Part shown: positions 61,654-64,000 of the stretch, piece by piece | Layout of the letters: every line of letters starts with the position of its first letter | How positions within the stretch are numbered: the first letter of the stretch is position 1 | Source: Microthyrium microscopicum | Taxonomy: Eukaryota | Length of the DNA: 64,000 nucleotides | Reading direction: 5' to 3' | Assembly: GCA_010405405.1 (NCBI GenBank) | Contig: MU004234.1 | Location: 1,267,275-1,331,274, forward strand | Translations under genes and position numbers: made by a program | Notes under the pieces: model-generated | Told to the model about the DNA's origin: nothing | Seen by the model: the letters and a program-made list of their open reading frames with translations, nothing else | Databases searched by the model: none

Positions 61654-63573
61654 AGGCTTTTTGGGTGTTTGTTTATGTTGAATCAGTTTGGTATTCCGAA
61701 ACATCGCTGATAGATGACAAGACGTCAATAGGGTCGTACCTTTTGTTCGTGAACACTTTGAACTAGTCAGGTTGACTCTAATATTAAGTTCATGCCATAT
61801 TGTTACTGCTTCACCAACTTCAAGCCTCAATTTAGTGCTTAAAAAGATGACCTCTATTTGTCCAAAATCATGACTCCTGCAAGAATCTCTCCGTCATGCC
61901 TCAAACCGATATATTTGCTTACAATCATAATTATCTGTATTTTCGATGAGTTTGACTCAACCACATTATAGTGTTCGGCAAGTTCCGTCGTGTCCTCTTG
62001 GCAAGGCTGAGCAAGGCTGAGATGTCTAACCTCATCTCTTCTCAAGAAGCTCGACAAAAGATCCAAAAATACCACATCTTCAGGCTGGAAACATAAATGA
62101 ATTCTGGCAGGAACAGAGATTAACTTAAGGTAAACGGCGTCGTTCATAAGTACTCTCATATTCTTCCATATAACAATGAATTACTAGCACTTACATCTTA
62201 TTGCAACTTTGAAAGCATCCATCGCCTGTCATGATGTTCTCAGAACCGAAAGTTTCAGCAACCAAGTAAATTTCCAACACATTCACCTAGAAGTCTTGTG
62301 TTTTCTTTGAACCATTATGCTGCTAGTTGTCATGTCGCTAACTAAAAATGGCTTAAGCATACAAACAATCGTACACACGAAATAGCTTGTGTTCAAACCC
62401 GGAAACATCGCGGTATATAAATATAAATAATGGTTTTGTCTGTAGCATTTTCAATGTCCGTGTTATCAAGAATCTGGGCTTGCAAGCTAATTCTTACAAT
62501 ATTTGGGCTCAAATTTTTGCCCAGAGTACTCGTAGAAAAGCTTTCAGTTACTTCGTGGGAGGATAAAATGTTCTCTAAGCGCCCAATCGAAGCGCCTAGA
62601 TACCCGAAAGCATACAGCGAATCAATAAAAGCAACTAAACGATACATAAAAATGATAAAGACGAGTGATTATGTTCCTCCCAGTTCAAGACCTCCAAAAA
62701 GGAAATCCGGATATATCTGCTGCAGCTCCGAACGTCAGGTTCGAACCCGTAGCATCTAGCCAGACTTACCACCTCAGCTGAGCAGGTCAAAAAAATGGCT
62801 CGATCAGTCTAGCGTTCTGTTCGTAATATTCGAAATTACTAGCTAACCCAATCAGGGGTCCTGACAAGACTGAAATATTGACTGTGCCAATATGTTGCTT
62901 CCTCGCCCTGAGCCACAATAATCTGCAAACTCCACAGCACTTGAATATATACAGCAGTTTATCAATTTGCTTCCAACAATTCAACTCTTTTCAGCTCTTG
63001 GAATCTAGACGTTTCATAATCCAGCTCTTTGAGATTATCAACGCTTACATATCATCAATAATAAATAAGTCCTTTTGTTAAACGTTATCTTGGTGGCTTA
63101 TGCTCAGTTCTCTTGTAAGAAAATCGGACAACTTGAGCTGGGGGCTCAGTGACACAATCATTTCTTCTGAATCGAGAAACCCTCTGCCCATTCAGTTTAA
63201 AGTAGCACCAAGTGAAACTTACTTTGCACGTAATCCATAATCCATCTCCACGCTCCTTTCAACATGTCGCGGTCATTAAAGCTGCCATCAGCTTAGTAAC
63301 TAGTAACATAAATTGAAGAAAGCGAACGAAATTCAAACCAATATTGTTAGAAAGTTTCTGAACCAAGCTTATTTTGCATTGTATTGTATATTCACATCAG
63401 CCATCCTTAGCCTTTCCCCATTTCATGATAAAGACTTATGAAAAAAAAACTATTGGCATGGAAATACATCGAAGACTGTGATTCTGTGAAAATTCTACGA
63501 TAATCATGGAACAACCCTGAACGTAACCCAGAGCTTAGCCGCTATCACTGCAGTGCCATCCGTAATAAATGCT

Positions 63574-64000
63574 TCATCCACTCTCATTCTTTCGGAATTT
63601 CTGGTATAGCAAGGCTCCAACAATAACCGAGCATCCGGAGATGAAGCCACGACTACGAACTGCCAACTCAGCCGCGTCATAGTCAATCTTCCATTGCGCA
63701 AGTTGATTTGGGGTAGGGACACGGAGTTGTGAGTCAGAAGCATCAACAGCCAGCTCGACATCCTGAGCCGTGACAACTTCTATGCAGTCGCGAAAGTATC
63801 CCTTGCCATTGCCGAGACGTTTACGGTAGCGGATTGCGCTCTGGATCAATATCATTGCATATTGATCACCATTTGGTGTCAAGTATGCGAGCGCGGCAAG
63901 TGCGACTTGCAATTTTGGGTCGTACTCGAAGAATTGGTAGTCTCGCATGCGAATGCATTGAACTGTAAGTGGATGATCGACGGGAAGCTTGAGGTAAGAC
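63574..64000 (-). CDS. 3' end of a hypothetical protein (5' end outside the window)
   Basis: The frame is open from the window end (SYLKLPVDHPLTVQCIRMRDYQ...) to the stop at 63574, with a hydrophobic segment followed by a basic tail at the C-terminus. Confidence 0.45.
   Translation of the reverse strand, partial: SYLKLPVDHPLTVQCIRMRDYQFFEYDPKLQVALAALAYLTPNGDQYAMILIQSAIRYRKRLGNGKGYFRDCIEVVTAQDVELAVDASDSQLRVPTPNQLAQWKIDYDAAELAVRSRGFISGCSVIVGALLYQKFRKNESG

Noticed and set aside
62725..62790. GGTTCGAACCC resembling a tRNA T-loop/B-box
   Set aside because: Flanking bases do not form a T-stem on either strand, and no acceptor or D arm can be built.

Overview
Eukaryotic genomic DNA from a filamentous ascomycete (Pezizomycotina; inferred from short GT-AG introns with CTRAC/CTAAY branch sites, Zn2Cys6 factors, a HET-domain gene and hydrophobins). 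About 26 intron-containing or intronless genes can be reconstructed by hand. They include housekeeping genes (B-type cyclin, Ncr1/NPC1, RIB1, DBP5, cyclophilin PPIL2, ADAL, heme oxygenase-like, MFS transporter) mixed with accessory genes. Highlights: (1) a compact candidate dikaritin-type RiPP locus at 33.3-38.7 kb, with two small secreted precursor-like peptides built from Y-x-x-Y-x-x-Y units and no KR Kex2 sites, next to a DUF3328/UstYa-family oxidase with two HxxHC motifs; (2) a 1,623-bp Tc1/mariner element with perfect 34-bp TIRs, a TA duplication and a RIP-like nonsense-riddled DD36E transposase, inserted in exon 1 of an otherwise intact cutinase; (3) three copies of a small inverted-repeat (MITE-like) family at 22.5-27.2 kb, one supplying the C-terminus and stop codon of a Zn2Cys6 factor; (4) a head-to-head pair of hydrophobin genes. 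All gene models were read by eye and no database searches were run.
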